From Lysobacterales bacterium (GTDB taxonomy: Bacteria; Pseudomonadota; Gammaproteobacteria; Xanthomonadales; S139-57), in assembly GCA_026993285.1 (NCBI GenBank), contig JALWTZ010000433.1, forward strand, positions 1 to 35,218: a stretch of DNA of 35,218 bases, given 5' to 3'. Of the stretch, positions 10,518 to 18,904 are shown in pieces; within the stretch, counting starts at the first letter, position 1; each line of letters opens with the position of its first letter. Position numbers and translations under genes: made by a program. The notes under the pieces are model-generated. The model was not told the DNA's origin. It did no database searches and saw only the letters and a program-made list of their open reading frames with translations.

Positions 10518-11279
10518 ATGAAATCCTGGCAACGCCCACCAAGAATAGAGGGGAGACAGCTCACATTCGGGCTTGCCAGCCAGCGCATACTGCAACTTCG
10601 CTCAGGTCTGCCTGGAAGAAAGGAAATGCTCTCGCGTCCTCAGGATGGCAACATGCCACTGGATGCCTTCCGCTTTTTCCAGGACATCAGAAAAAGGCGA
10701 ATGGAAGTATGTACCGACCTGCATGTGGCCCATTGCATACAGAAGGAAATCCAGCCCAAGCATGTCAGGCAGATTCATCACATCAATGTCTCTGCGGTCA
10801 CCCTGGTGAACCCCCGTTTCCGAGAATTTATCCAACATCTCGTTGAAGATACGGCCTGGCAGGCTGAACAGCTCTGCTGGGAAATCACCGAGATGGAACC
10901 CTCACCCGATCTCCACGGCATTGTGAAAATCAGCGAATGGTTGCTGAAACAAGGCTTTCATGTAGCCCTGGACGACTATGAGCCCGGAAACCCCTATGAA
11001 CCCTTGCTGCGTTTCCCACTGCCCTGGCTGGTCAAACTGGATCAGTCCCTGCAGAAAAAGCCGGAGACCATGGCAAGGGTCATCGACCTGCTCCACCAGA
11101 AAAACCTGCCCATCGTGGCAGAAGGTGTGGAAAACCTGCAGCAGATGGAATTCTGCATTCAGCATGATGTGGAGTATGTCCAAGGCTACTACATCGAAAA
11201 GCCCCAACGACTAACCCCCGATGCCCCTGTAACCCTGAACAATCTCAATAACCCGGAACCTGACGGAGTACAACCGTGA
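10518..11279 (+). CDS. stand-alone EAL-domain protein (putative c-di-GMP phosphodiesterase)
   Basis: The track ORF 10284..11279 is trimmed to ATG 10518 because the upstream part crosses the A/T-rich promoter region. EAL-domain landmarks appear in order: EMLSR (the EALxR position), P..F, INVS, EITE, DDYEPG (the DDFGTG position), VKLD, AEGVE and VQGYY..KP. A start at ATG 10626 would delete the EML glutamate. Confidence 0.72.
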   Translation: MKSWQRPPRIEGRQLTFGLASQRILQLRSGLPGRKEMLSRPQDGNMPLDAFRFFQDIRKRRMEVCTDLHVAHCIQKEIQPKHVRQIHHINVSAVTLVNPRFREFIQHLVEDTAWQAEQLCWEITEMEPSPDLHGIVKISEWLLKQGFHVALDDYEPGNPYEPLLRFPLPWLVKLDQSLQKKPETMARVIDLLHQKNLPIVAEGVENLQQMEFCIQHDVEYVQGYYIEKPQRLTPDAPVTLNNLNNPEPDGVQP

Positions 11280-12130
11280 ATCAAAATCAACAACCCTTGC
11301 AACAGGATCAAACGCTGGTCGACGGCGTACTGAACATGTTGCGACGAATGGTGCGGCCCATCGTGCGCATATGCCTGCGACAAGGTGTGCGCTTCGACAC
11401 CCTGAGCCGGATCATTGAAGAGGAAATGGTTCGTGCATCAGCACATGACCCCGCACTCAGAACCCCTGGCCATGCACAGAATGTATCCCGCATCGCCTTC
11501 CAGACCGGCCTTTCACGAAATGCGATCAAGAAAGCGCTGGAACACATTGAGGCCAATCAAGATCTGCTGGACAAGGAGCGCTGGAGCATCGAATCGCGCG
11601 TACTGCTCATGTGGTCGGAAGACCCGATTTTTCAGGATGAGGAAGGGCGCCCAAAAACCCTGGAAATACGGGGTGGGCCACAATCCTTCCAGGGCCTGGT
11701 TCAGCGGATTGGCAAGGGAACCAGCTACGGACCCGTGCTGGAAAGCCTGGAAGCTGCGGGTTGTGTGCAGAGAGACGGAAAGAAAGTCACTTTTATAAGC
11801 TCTATATTTGTGCCCAGTAATGTATCAAATAAATCCAGGCTGGAAGTAGCCAATCGAGCAGCTCAATTTTACTCATATTATCTTTCAACTCTGGATGAAA
11901 ACCTCAAATCTGATGGAGATTGGGCATATCAGCAATCGATGTATACACGATATTGTCCAAAGGAAAAAGTACCAGAGTTTTTAGCTATGGTAAGAGATAA
12001 ACTAGATCAATATATGGATGACTTCGAACCTGAATTAAAAAAATTCGAGGAACTGCCAATAGAAAAATCACTTGTTGGCATCGGCATGTTTGCCTTCACA
12101 GATGATAATAGCGAGGATACTGACTCATGA
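11276..12130 (+). CDS. hypothetical protein with putative helix-turn-helix / winged-helix segments
   Basis: 284 aa. The GTG start overlaps the EAL stop (GTGA at 11276-11279); an alternative ATG is at 11336. NVSRIAFQTGLSRNAIKKAL looks like an HTH, and GPVLESLEAAGCVQRDGKKVTF like a winged-helix wing. I cannot name a family with confidence. The C-terminal third is much more A/T-rich. Confidence 0.6.
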   Translation: MNQNQQPLQQDQTLVDGVLNMLRRMVRPIVRICLRQGVRFDTLSRIIEEEMVRASAHDPALRTPGHAQNVSRIAFQTGLSRNAIKKALEHIEANQDLLDKERWSIESRVLLMWSEDPIFQDEEGRPKTLEIRGGPQSFQGLVQRIGKGTSYGPVLESLEAAGCVQRDGKKVTFISSIFVPSNVSNKSRLEVANRAAQFYSYYLSTLDENLKSDGDWAYQQSMYTRYCPKEKVPEFLAMVRDKLDQYMDDFEPELKKFEELPIEKSLVGIGMFAFTDDNSEDTDS

Positions 12131-12978
12131 GCAACCAAACAACCAATCAAATATTGACCTACCACCATACACGCATTGAAAAAGAAGGTACCGGAAAAGG
12201 TCCATCCAAAACAAAAATCAACAGAAATTTACTGGCTACCTCTTTGTTACTTGCACTTACAGCTGGAGCAGCGGCATCCGATAAGATGCTCAATAACTTT
12301 ATTGCATCACAGTCGGATAACACCCTGCAAATTTCCTGGCATACCGAAACCATTTTTGGAGAGAATCTACATATCATTGGCCAGAAAAACCTCATGGATG
12401 GGGATGCCCCCATGGATCTTTATTCTATCAACCTGACAGAGGGTTACCCAACACTGGAAAAAATCGGAACACTCGCCATGGGCGCTCGCTGTGGCATGCA
12501 AAAAGTAGAACTTACGACCAGTGCAAACTGGTCCAAATTAATTGCCTTTGACTGGATAGACGAATCCTATTTCAAAACTCCTGAACGTGAAGGTACCGGC
12601 ACACCCGAACGCGAAGGCACTGGCACACCCGAACGCGAAGGCACTGGCACACCCGAACGCGAAGGCACTGGCACACCCGAACGCGAAGGCACTGGCACAC
12701 CCGAACGCGAAGGTACTGGCACTCCCGAACGCGAAGGTACTGGCACTCCCGAACGCGAAGGTACTGGCACTCCCGAACGTGAAGGCACTGGCACTCCCGA
12801 ACGTGAAGGTACTGGCACACCCGAACGTGAAGGTACTGGTGCCCCCGAACGCGAAGGTACCGGAAGCCCCGAGTGGGAAGGCACTGGTGGCATTGATCCG
12901 ATCATGGATAACGATTCCATCGAAGTGCTGATCAACCTGCAATGCGGCATGCAGAAAGGTGAGCCCTTTGGTGGATAA
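12127..12978 (+). CDS. secreted protein with 13 tandem TPEREGTG octapeptide repeats
   Basis: 283 aa. The ATG overlaps the upstream stop (ATGA at 12127-12130). It has a signal-peptide-like segment (NLLATSLLLALTAGAAASD), a domain of about 100 aa, 13 repeats of 8 aa, and a 29-aa tail. A CGMQK motif occurs on each side of the repeats. Confidence 0.7.
   Translation: MSNQTTNQILTYHHTRIEKEGTGKGPSKTKINRNLLATSLLLALTAGAAASDKMLNNFIASQSDNTLQISWHTETIFGENLHIIGQKNLMDGDAPMDLYSINLTEGYPTLEKIGTLAMGARCGMQKVELTTSANWSKLIAFDWIDESYFKTPEREGTGTPEREGTGTPEREGTGTPEREGTGTPEREGTGTPEREGTGTPEREGTGTPEREGTGTPEREGTGTPEREGTGTPEREGTGAPEREGTGSPEWEGTGGIDPIMDNDSIEVLINLQCGMQKGEPFGG
12577..12888 (+). repeat. 13 x 24-bp in-frame tandem repeat (ACN CCC GAA CGY GAA GGY ACY GGC)
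   Basis: Counted directly: 13 contiguous 24-nt units. Units 1-11 encode an identical TPEREGTG and differ only at third codon positions. Unit 12 encodes APEREGTG and unit 13 SPEWEGTG. Confidence 0.97.
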
Positions 12979-13013
12979 TCCATAGGCTGGTCTCAAACGG
13001 CCAATACCCGATC

Positions 13014-13040
13014 AACGCCCCGGTTTGTTGCCGGGGCGTT
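13014..13040. terminator. bidirectional stem-loop terminator between convergent genes
   Basis: AACGCCCCGG (13014-13023), a 7-nt loop, then CCGGGGCGTT (13031-13040): a perfect 10-bp stem. It lies between the repeat-protein stop (12978) and the argH stop (13046). Confidence 0.7.
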
Positions 13041-13045
13041 GTCAT

Positions 13046-14341
13046 TTATGCCGTTTGCAAGACCCGCAGGCGTGCCTGGAGCTGATCCAGTTCCAGGGCC
13101 GCGCAGGCACCGGGCGAGACCCGGGCTGCCAGGCTCTGCTCGGGTGTCCGGTCCTTCAGCTGGTCATATTCCCGCACCACCTGCCGGTAGGCTTCCCGGA
13201 ACGGTACCTGTTCCGCGGCCAGTTCCACCGCCCGGTCGGTGGCGTACATCTCCACCGAAATGGCTTTTTTGCAGTTTTCCGCATCGAAGACCACATGCTG
13301 GAGGAAATCCGGCACCAGTTGCATCAGCTGTTGCGCGTGCTGCAGGGCATGCAGTACCGGCCCCTTGCCGAACTGCAGATCCCGCTGGTAGCCGCTGGGC
13401 AGGGAAAGCAGGCTCAGCAGTTCCACTTGGGCACCCTGCAGGCGCGCGGCACTGGCGCGCATCAGTTCGACGAAGTCCGGATTGCGCTTGTTGGGCATGA
13501 TGGACGAACCGGTGGTGTAGCGGTCCGGCAGGCGTACCAGGTCGAATTCCGTGGTGGTGAACAGGCTGATGTCCCAGGCCAGACGGCGCAGGTCCAGCAG
13601 GGGCTGCAGCCAGGCCATCAGTGCCTGCAATTCAAACTTGCCCCGGCTGTTTTGGGTGTAGATGGGGTTGACCTGCATGCGCTCGAAGCCCAGGGTTTCA
13701 GTAGTGTGGGCACGGTCCAGCGGCAGATTGACCCCGTAGCCGGCGGCCGTGCCCAGCGGGTTGGCGTTGAGCCATTGCCAGGTCTGTTGCGCCAGCCGCG
13801 CATTGTCGATGAAGGCTTCGGCAAAACCGGCAAACCACATGCCCACCGATGACACCACGGCCCGTTGCAGATGGGTGTAGCCGGGCATGGGCTGGGTGCG
13901 GGTTTCTTCCGCCCGCCGCAGGCAGATTTCAGCCACCTCGGTACAGTGGTCTTGCAGCTGTTGCAGGCTGTCGCGCAGATACAGGCGCATGGCCACCAGT
14001 ACCTGATCATTGCGGCTGCGGCCGGCATGCACCTTCTTGCCCAGATCCCCCAGCCGTTCCGTCAGCCAGAACTCGATGGCCGAGTGCATGTCCTCAAAAC
14101 GCGCATCCAGCTGCAACTCACCCTGTTCGAAGGCCTTGCCAATGGCCTGCAGTTGTTCTTCCAGCCTGGCCGCCTCCTCTGTAGTGAGCAGGCCGATACG
14201 GCCCAGGCCCTGTACATGGGCGATGGAGGCCTGAATGTCGTAGGGAAAGAGGATGCGGTCCAGCACCACATCCTCACCGGCCATGAAGGCCATGATGGCC
14301 CGGTCCACATCCACCTCGCCCTTCTGCCAGATCATGCTCAC
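13046..14341 (-). CDS. argH: argininosuccinate lyase
   Basis: 431 aa with the fumarate-lyase signature context and GRSRNDQV. The GTG start at 14341 overlaps the argC stop (GTGA), with GGAGG 7 nt upstream. An alternative ATG is at 14335. Confidence 0.92.
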   Translation of the reverse strand: MSMIWQKGEVDVDRAIMAFMAGEDVVLDRILFPYDIQASIAHVQGLGRIGLLTTEEAARLEEQLQAIGKAFEQGELQLDARFEDMHSAIEFWLTERLGDLGKKVHAGRSRNDQVLVAMRLYLRDSLQQLQDHCTEVAEICLRRAEETRTQPMPGYTHLQRAVVSSVGMWFAGFAEAFIDNARLAQQTWQWLNANPLGTAAGYGVNLPLDRAHTTETLGFERMQVNPIYTQNSRGKFELQALMAWLQPLLDLRRLAWDISLFTTTEFDLVRLPDRYTTGSSIMPNKRNPDFVELMRASAARLQGAQVELLSLLSLPSGYQRDLQFGKGPVLHALQHAQQLMQLVPDFLQHVVFDAENCKKAISVEMYATDRAVELAAEQVPFREAYRQVVREYDQLKDRTPEQSLAARVSPGACAALELDQLQARLRVLQTA

Positions 14342-15297
14342 GGCTTTTCCTCCAGATCGATACCTGCCAGTTCGTCCAGACCAAAAGCCAGGTTCATGTT
14401 CTGTACTGCTTGGGTGGCCGCGCCCTTGAGCAGGTTGTCCAGGGTAGCCACCAGCACCACGCGCTGGCCGGAGTCGGCTAGGGTCAACCCGCCCACCACG
14501 GCATGGTGGTGACCGGCATTGGCTTTCACCTCCGGTATCTCCTCCGTAACCCGCACCAGCGGTTCGTTCTCGTACCGTTCACGCAGCTGCTGCAGGGCCT
14601 GGGCATAGGTCACCGCGGTTTTCAGTTGCAGGTGGATGGTAAGGCTGATGCCACGGAAAAACTGGGCCACATGCGGTGAAAACCGCACCGGCTGGTTCAT
14701 CTGGTGGCTGACTTCTTCCTCGTGCAAGTGGTTGGCCAGCGCGTAGGGCAACAGATTGTCGGCCAGCACATTCAGATCATTTTTGGGGCTGGGCTTGGTG
14801 CCGGCGCCACTGTAGCCGGATACGCCAAAGCAGACCGGCGCTTCGGCCAGCCAGTCCAGATAGGGGCGTATGGCCAGCTGCATGCCGGTGGCATAGCAGC
14901 CGGGGTTGGAGATTCTGCGCGCCCCGGCAAGGGCCTTGCGCTGGTATTCGCTCAGGCCGTAAACCCAGTCCTCATCAAAACGGTGGTCACCGCTGAGGTC
15001 GATCAGGCAGGTTGCCGGGCTGCCCTGCTCCACGGCCTGAACGAACTCCGAGGCATAGCCGTTGGGCAGGGCCAGAAAACAGACATCCAGCCCGGCCTGG
15101 GCCAGTTCTTCCGGCCCCACATTGCGAAAATGCAGCGCTGATTCCGCCTCCGGCACCATGGCCTGTACCGGCTGGCCTTCCAGCTCGCGTGAACTGATCA
15201 ATACCAGTTCCACTTGCGGATGGTTCAGCAGCAGGGGAATCAGTTCCTTGCCCACATGGCCGCGGGCGCCTATCAATCCAGCTTTCAGTGTTTTCAT
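14338..15297 (-). CDS. argC: N-acetyl-gamma-glutamyl-phosphate reductase
   Basis: 319 aa with an N-terminal Rossmann (GLIGARGHVGKEL) and the active-site PGCYATG. Confidence 0.92.
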   Translation of the reverse strand: MKTLKAGLIGARGHVGKELIPLLLNHPQVELVLISSRELEGQPVQAMVPEAESALHFRNVGPEELAQAGLDVCFLALPNGYASEFVQAVEQGSPATCLIDLSGDHRFDEDWVYGLSEYQRKALAGARRISNPGCYATGMQLAIRPYLDWLAEAPVCFGVSGYSGAGTKPSPKNDLNVLADNLLPYALANHLHEEEVSHQMNQPVRFSPHVAQFFRGISLTIHLQLKTAVTYAQALQQLRERYENEPLVRVTEEIPEVKANAGHHHAVVGGLTLADSGQRVVLVATLDNLLKGAATQAVQNMNLAFGLDELAGIDLEEKP

Positions 15298-15306
15298 TGC
15301 ATGCTC

Positions 15307-16617
15307 TCAAATGGTTGCCGGTTGTTCGGCGGCGAAATCCACACAAGCCTGGATCTGGTCGATATCTTCCAGGCCGTACCAGAACACCACCCAGTCACCG
15401 CGTTTGAAACAGCCATCGGCCTCCTGAAAATAGAAGGGGTTGACCACATTGCTGCGCCGTGCGCGCCAGAACATGTGTGCATGCTGCTGACGCATGTGCT
15501 GCCACACCGCCCGGCCCAGCCCTTCCCCGCGCGCTTCCTCGTCCACCACGAACTTGTCCAGATTGGGCACGCCGTTTTCCAGTGTCAGGATGGCGGCGGC
15601 ACGGCAGGATTCGCTGACATACAGGCGGTACAGGCGGGTTTTCTCGAAATAATCGTGATCCAGCGTGCGGCCAAAGGCCGATTCAATCAGTGCGCGCAGC
15701 TTGTCCAGGTTCACCTCGTCCCAGCTTTCGTGGCAGGCGATGCGCTCACCCATGCGTATCAGCGTGCCTGCCCCCCGGTGGGTAAACAGTTCCTTGGCCA
15801 GGTGCGCGGGCTTGGTGATGGAAACCGAGGAAGAAAGCGGCAACTCCTTCAACAGCCCGTGAATCTGGCGCAGTTTCAGTTCCATGCCGCCGGAAACCCA
15901 GTCCTGGGCAATCAGCTGCTCGAAATCGGTACTCAGGTTCACCGAGGGGATGATCCGGCCCTGCTCATCCAGCAAGCCGCCGGTGCCGGTGAGGAAGATG
16001 ATCTTGTAGGGCCGGACCTCACGCACCAGTTCATGCGCGGCCATGTCGGCATTGATGTTGACGATCTGCCCGCCACGGGTCACGCCCAGGCAGGTCAACA
16101 CCGGTATGCTGCGGGCCTGCAGGGCGGTGCGCACCGCCGAAAGGCGCACGCCGGTGACCTCACCCACCAGCCCCAGCTTGGTATCTTCGCTCAGCCTGGC
16201 CTCGAACACCCCGTCGGTGATGGAAGTGGCACGGGTATCCTGGGCCTGCAGGGCTTCCACCAGCGACAGGTTGGCCTGCTGCATGACGATGCGCGCATGA
16301 TAAAGCGTTTCCTCATCCGTAACACGCAAGCCATTGATAAACTTGGGAGTAATACCGGCCTCCTCCAGGGCTGCCGTCAACTGTGGGCCGGCACCGTGAA
16401 TGACAATGGGCGTCAGGCCGACGCGCTGCAGAAAGGAAAGGGCCGAAGCCAGTTCTTCCAGCTCGTCACGGATGATGGCGCCACCTACCTTGACCACGGC
16501 AAAGCGGCTGACATCCAGGCTGGAGAACCGCTTGAGGTACTGGTGGACTTCCTTCTGGCTGCCCATGTTGCTGAGCAGCTTGACGATGGTATCCCGGGTT
16601 TTCAGATCCGCGCTCAT
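15307..16617 (-). CDS. argB: bifunctional N-acetylglutamate synthase/kinase (amino-acid kinase domain + C-terminal GNAT domain)
   Basis: The track ORF 15307..16677 is trimmed to ATG 16617, which overlaps the argE stop (ATGA). It has an AAK fold ([20 protein letters not shown]) plus a C-terminal acetyltransferase-like region of about 150 aa. The size of about 436 aa matches Xanthomonas-type NAGS/K. Confidence 0.82.
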   Translation of the reverse strand: MSADLKTRDTIVKLLSNMGSQKEVHQYLKRFSSLDVSRFAVVKVGGAIIRDELEELASALSFLQRVGLTPIVIHGAGPQLTAALEEAGITPKFINGLRVTDEETLYHARIVMQQANLSLVEALQAQDTRATSITDGVFEARLSEDTKLGLVGEVTGVRLSAVRTALQARSIPVLTCLGVTRGGQIVNINADMAAHELVREVRPYKIIFLTGTGGLLDEQGRIIPSVNLSTDFEQLIAQDWVSGGMELKLRQIHGLLKELPLSSSVSITKPAHLAKELFTHRGAGTLIRMGERIACHESWDEVNLDKLRALIESAFGRTLDHDYFEKTRLYRLYVSESCRAAAILTLENGVPNLDKFVVDEEARGEGLGRAVWQHMRQQHAHMFWRARRSNVVNPFYFQEADGCFKRGDWVVFWYGLEDIDQIQACVDFAAEQPATI

Positions 16618-17696
16618 GAGGCCAGTATCCTGCAATAGTGGGCATGTACGGTTTCCAGCTGCTCCAGCAGCACCCATTCATCCGCGGTATGGGCCTGGGC
16701 GATGTCACCCGGGCCGAAGACGATGGCGGCACAGCCGGCTTCGGAAAACAACGAGGCTTCGGTCCAGAAATCCACGGCTTCACCCGGTGGCAGGCCCAGG
16801 CTTTCGGCCAGGGCTTCCCCGGCAGCCAGTGCCTGGGGGTCGGCACAGGCCGGCAAGGCCGGAGCGAGAAAGCCGGTTTCCCAGTGGCGAATCCAGTCCG
16901 GTTCGGCCAGCGCCACCAGTTCTTCCAGCAGGGCTTCCGGGTCCTGCGCCGGCAGGGAGCGCACGCCCAGTTTCAGTTCACAGTCACCCGCAATCATGTT
17001 GGGCTTGATGCCACCCACCACCCGGCCGGCGTTGAACCGCACGCCGCGCAGGTTCTGGAAATGGGCCTCCTGCCGGGCTTCCACCTGCTCCAGCGCCCGG
17101 TTCAGCCAGCGGGCCATGCGGTGGATGGCGCTGTCTGACAGGGCGCGCTCCGCCGAGGCATGGCCGGGAATACCGGCAAATTCCACCATGGCGGTGCCGA
17201 TGCCCCGGTGCGCGGTCACGGCACGGGCACAGGTCGGTTCGGCCACCACCACTTTTCGATAGCGGTTGTTTTTCAGGTAATTGCGGATGCAGGTGCTGTT
17301 GCCGGCTTCCTCGTCCGAGGAAAACAGCAGGGCCACCGGACGGTCGTTCTCGGCCACGGCGGCCAGCATGCAGGCCGCCGCGCCCTTGATGTCGCAGGCA
17401 CCCAGGCCATAGGCCCGCTCCCCTTCCACACGCAGACGGAAGGGATCACGCTGCCATTTTTCATTGGCCGGCACGGTATCCACATGAAAGTTGAACAGCA
17501 GATCCGGCTCGCCCCGTTCGGCCAGCAGGCTGATGCAACCGTTGCCGCTGTCCTGCAACTGGAAGCGGAAACCGGGCAACTGCTGCTGCAACCAGGGAAA
17601 CAGGCCCTGGTCGGCCTGGATGTTGCGCGGCGGGTTGCAGGTATCGAAGGCAACCAGCGACGACAGGCGTTCCAGAATGCCGTCCATGGCGCTCAT
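16614..17696 (-). CDS. argE: acetylornithine (acetylcitrulline) deacetylase, M20 peptidase family
   Basis: 360 aa with an M20 pattern ([11 protein letters not shown], ...SSDEEAG...). The ATG overlaps the argG stop (ATGA at 17693-17696). Its position matches Xanthomonas-type arg clusters. Confidence 0.82.
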   Translation of the reverse strand: MSAMDGILERLSSLVAFDTCNPPRNIQADQGLFPWLQQQLPGFRFQLQDSGNGCISLLAERGEPDLLFNFHVDTVPANEKWQRDPFRLRVEGERAYGLGACDIKGAAACMLAAVAENDRPVALLFSSDEEAGNSTCIRNYLKNNRYRKVVVAEPTCARAVTAHRGIGTAMVEFAGIPGHASAERALSDSAIHRMARWLNRALEQVEARQEAHFQNLRGVRFNAGRVVGGIKPNMIAGDCELKLGVRSLPAQDPEALLEELVALAEPDWIRHWETGFLAPALPACADPQALAAGEALAESLGLPPGEAVDFWTEASLFSEAGCAAIVFGPGDIAQAHTADEWVLLEQLETVHAHYCRILAS

Positions 17697-18901
17697 TTGC
17701 GAATCCGGTCACGGTTGACCTGGGCCCACAGACGCGAGCTCATGCCAAAGAGCTTGATGAAGCCTTCCGCCTCGCGGGAAGTCCAGGCGGCCGACTGGGC
17801 ATAGGTGGCATCCGGGCTTTGCAGGATGTGCGGTGAATCGATGGCGATGGGATGGACCACGCCGCCGCTGGTTTCCACGGTCACCTCGCCGTTGACCACC
17901 TGCTGGGAGGATTGCAGGTAGGCTTCCAGATCAAACTTGAGCGGATCATAGAAGAAACCCTGATAGACCAGTTCCACCCATTTTCTGGCCACCATGGGCT
18001 TGAAGCCGTTCTGCTGGCGGGTGCAGACTGCTTCTTCCAGCGCCCGGTGGGCGATCATCAGCGTGGTCATGGCCGGAGCAATGAAGACGATGCGCCCCTT
18101 CAGGCCGATGGTGGTATCCCCGGTGTACAGGCCACGGCCCACGCCATAGGCGCCCATTTCCGCATTCAGGCGCGAGAGCATCTCCACACCGCCCAGGCGC
18201 TCGCCATTGATCGATACCGGCCGGCCCTGCTCGAAACCAATTTTCATCTGCAGAGGCTTGTCGGGCCATTTTTCCCGTGGCTCGGCCAGTACCCAGGTGT
18301 CCGGCCCCGGTGGCTGGAATTCGTCGATTTCAGAACCGGAAATGGTAATGCCGAGAATATTCTCGTTGATGGTGTACTGCGCGGTCTTGGCCCGCACCTC
18401 GAAGCCGCGCTCCTGCAGATAGGCCATTTCATAGGCACGCACGTTGTCATGCTCGGCCTGGATTTCACGGATGGGCGCGATGACCTCGTAATCACCCAGC
18501 GACTGGGCGGTGAGATCGAAGCGCACCTGGTCATTGCCCATGCCGGTGCAGCCGTGGGCGAAAAAGCGCGTGCCCAGCTCATCGCACAGTTCCAGCGACT
18601 TGCGCACGATCAGGTAGCGGTCGGAACAGAGCATGGGGTACTGGTACTGGTACCACTCGCCGGCGGCCAGTGCCGGCACCACGATTTCATCCCAGATGGC
18701 CTCGCCAATATCGGCCACATGATGGGCCGCCGCCCCCAGCTCCAGCGCCCGCTGTTCGATGTAGTCGCGCTCTTCCGCGCTGACGCCACCGGTATCGACG
18801 AACAGGGTGTGGACCTCGTAGCCCTGGTCCATCAGCCACGGCACACAGAAGCTGGTGTCGAGACCACCTGAAAAGGCCAGTACAACCGGTTGTTTTTTCA
18901 T
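17693..18901 (-). CDS. argG: argininosuccinate synthase
   Basis: 402 aa with the N-type ATP-PPase motif AFSGGLDTS and full-length similarity to ArgG. Confidence 0.95.
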   Translation of the reverse strand: MKKQPVVLAFSGGLDTSFCVPWLMDQGYEVHTLFVDTGGVSAEERDYIEQRALELGAAAHHVADIGEAIWDEIVVPALAAGEWYQYQYPMLCSDRYLIVRKSLELCDELGTRFFAHGCTGMGNDQVRFDLTAQSLGDYEVIAPIREIQAEHDNVRAYEMAYLQERGFEVRAKTAQYTINENILGITISGSEIDEFQPPGPDTWVLAEPREKWPDKPLQMKIGFEQGRPVSINGERLGGVEMLSRLNAEMGAYGVGRGLYTGDTTIGLKGRIVFIAPAMTTLMIAHRALEEAVCTRQQNGFKPMVARKWVELVYQGFFYDPLKFDLEAYLQSSQQVVNGEVTVETSGGVVHPIAIDSPHILQSPDATYAQSAAWTSREAEGFIKLFGMSSRLWAQVNRDRIRK

Positions 18902-18904
18902 GAT

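Noticed and set aside
7035-12986. CCATAGG at both edges of the low-GC insert (7035-7041 and 12980-12986) as possible att-like direct repeats
   Set aside because: Only 7 nt match. That is expected by chance given the freedom in choosing positions, and no integrase or tRNA is nearby.
12538-12996. Additional ORFs across the 24-bp repeat array in other frames and on the other strand (12538..12996, 12567..12983, 12572..12820 on -; 12587..12931 on +)
   Set aside because: A stop-free 24-bp unit repeated 13 times keeps several frames open automatically. Only the 12127..12978 frame has a signal peptide, non-repetitive flanking domains and translational coupling to the upstream gene.
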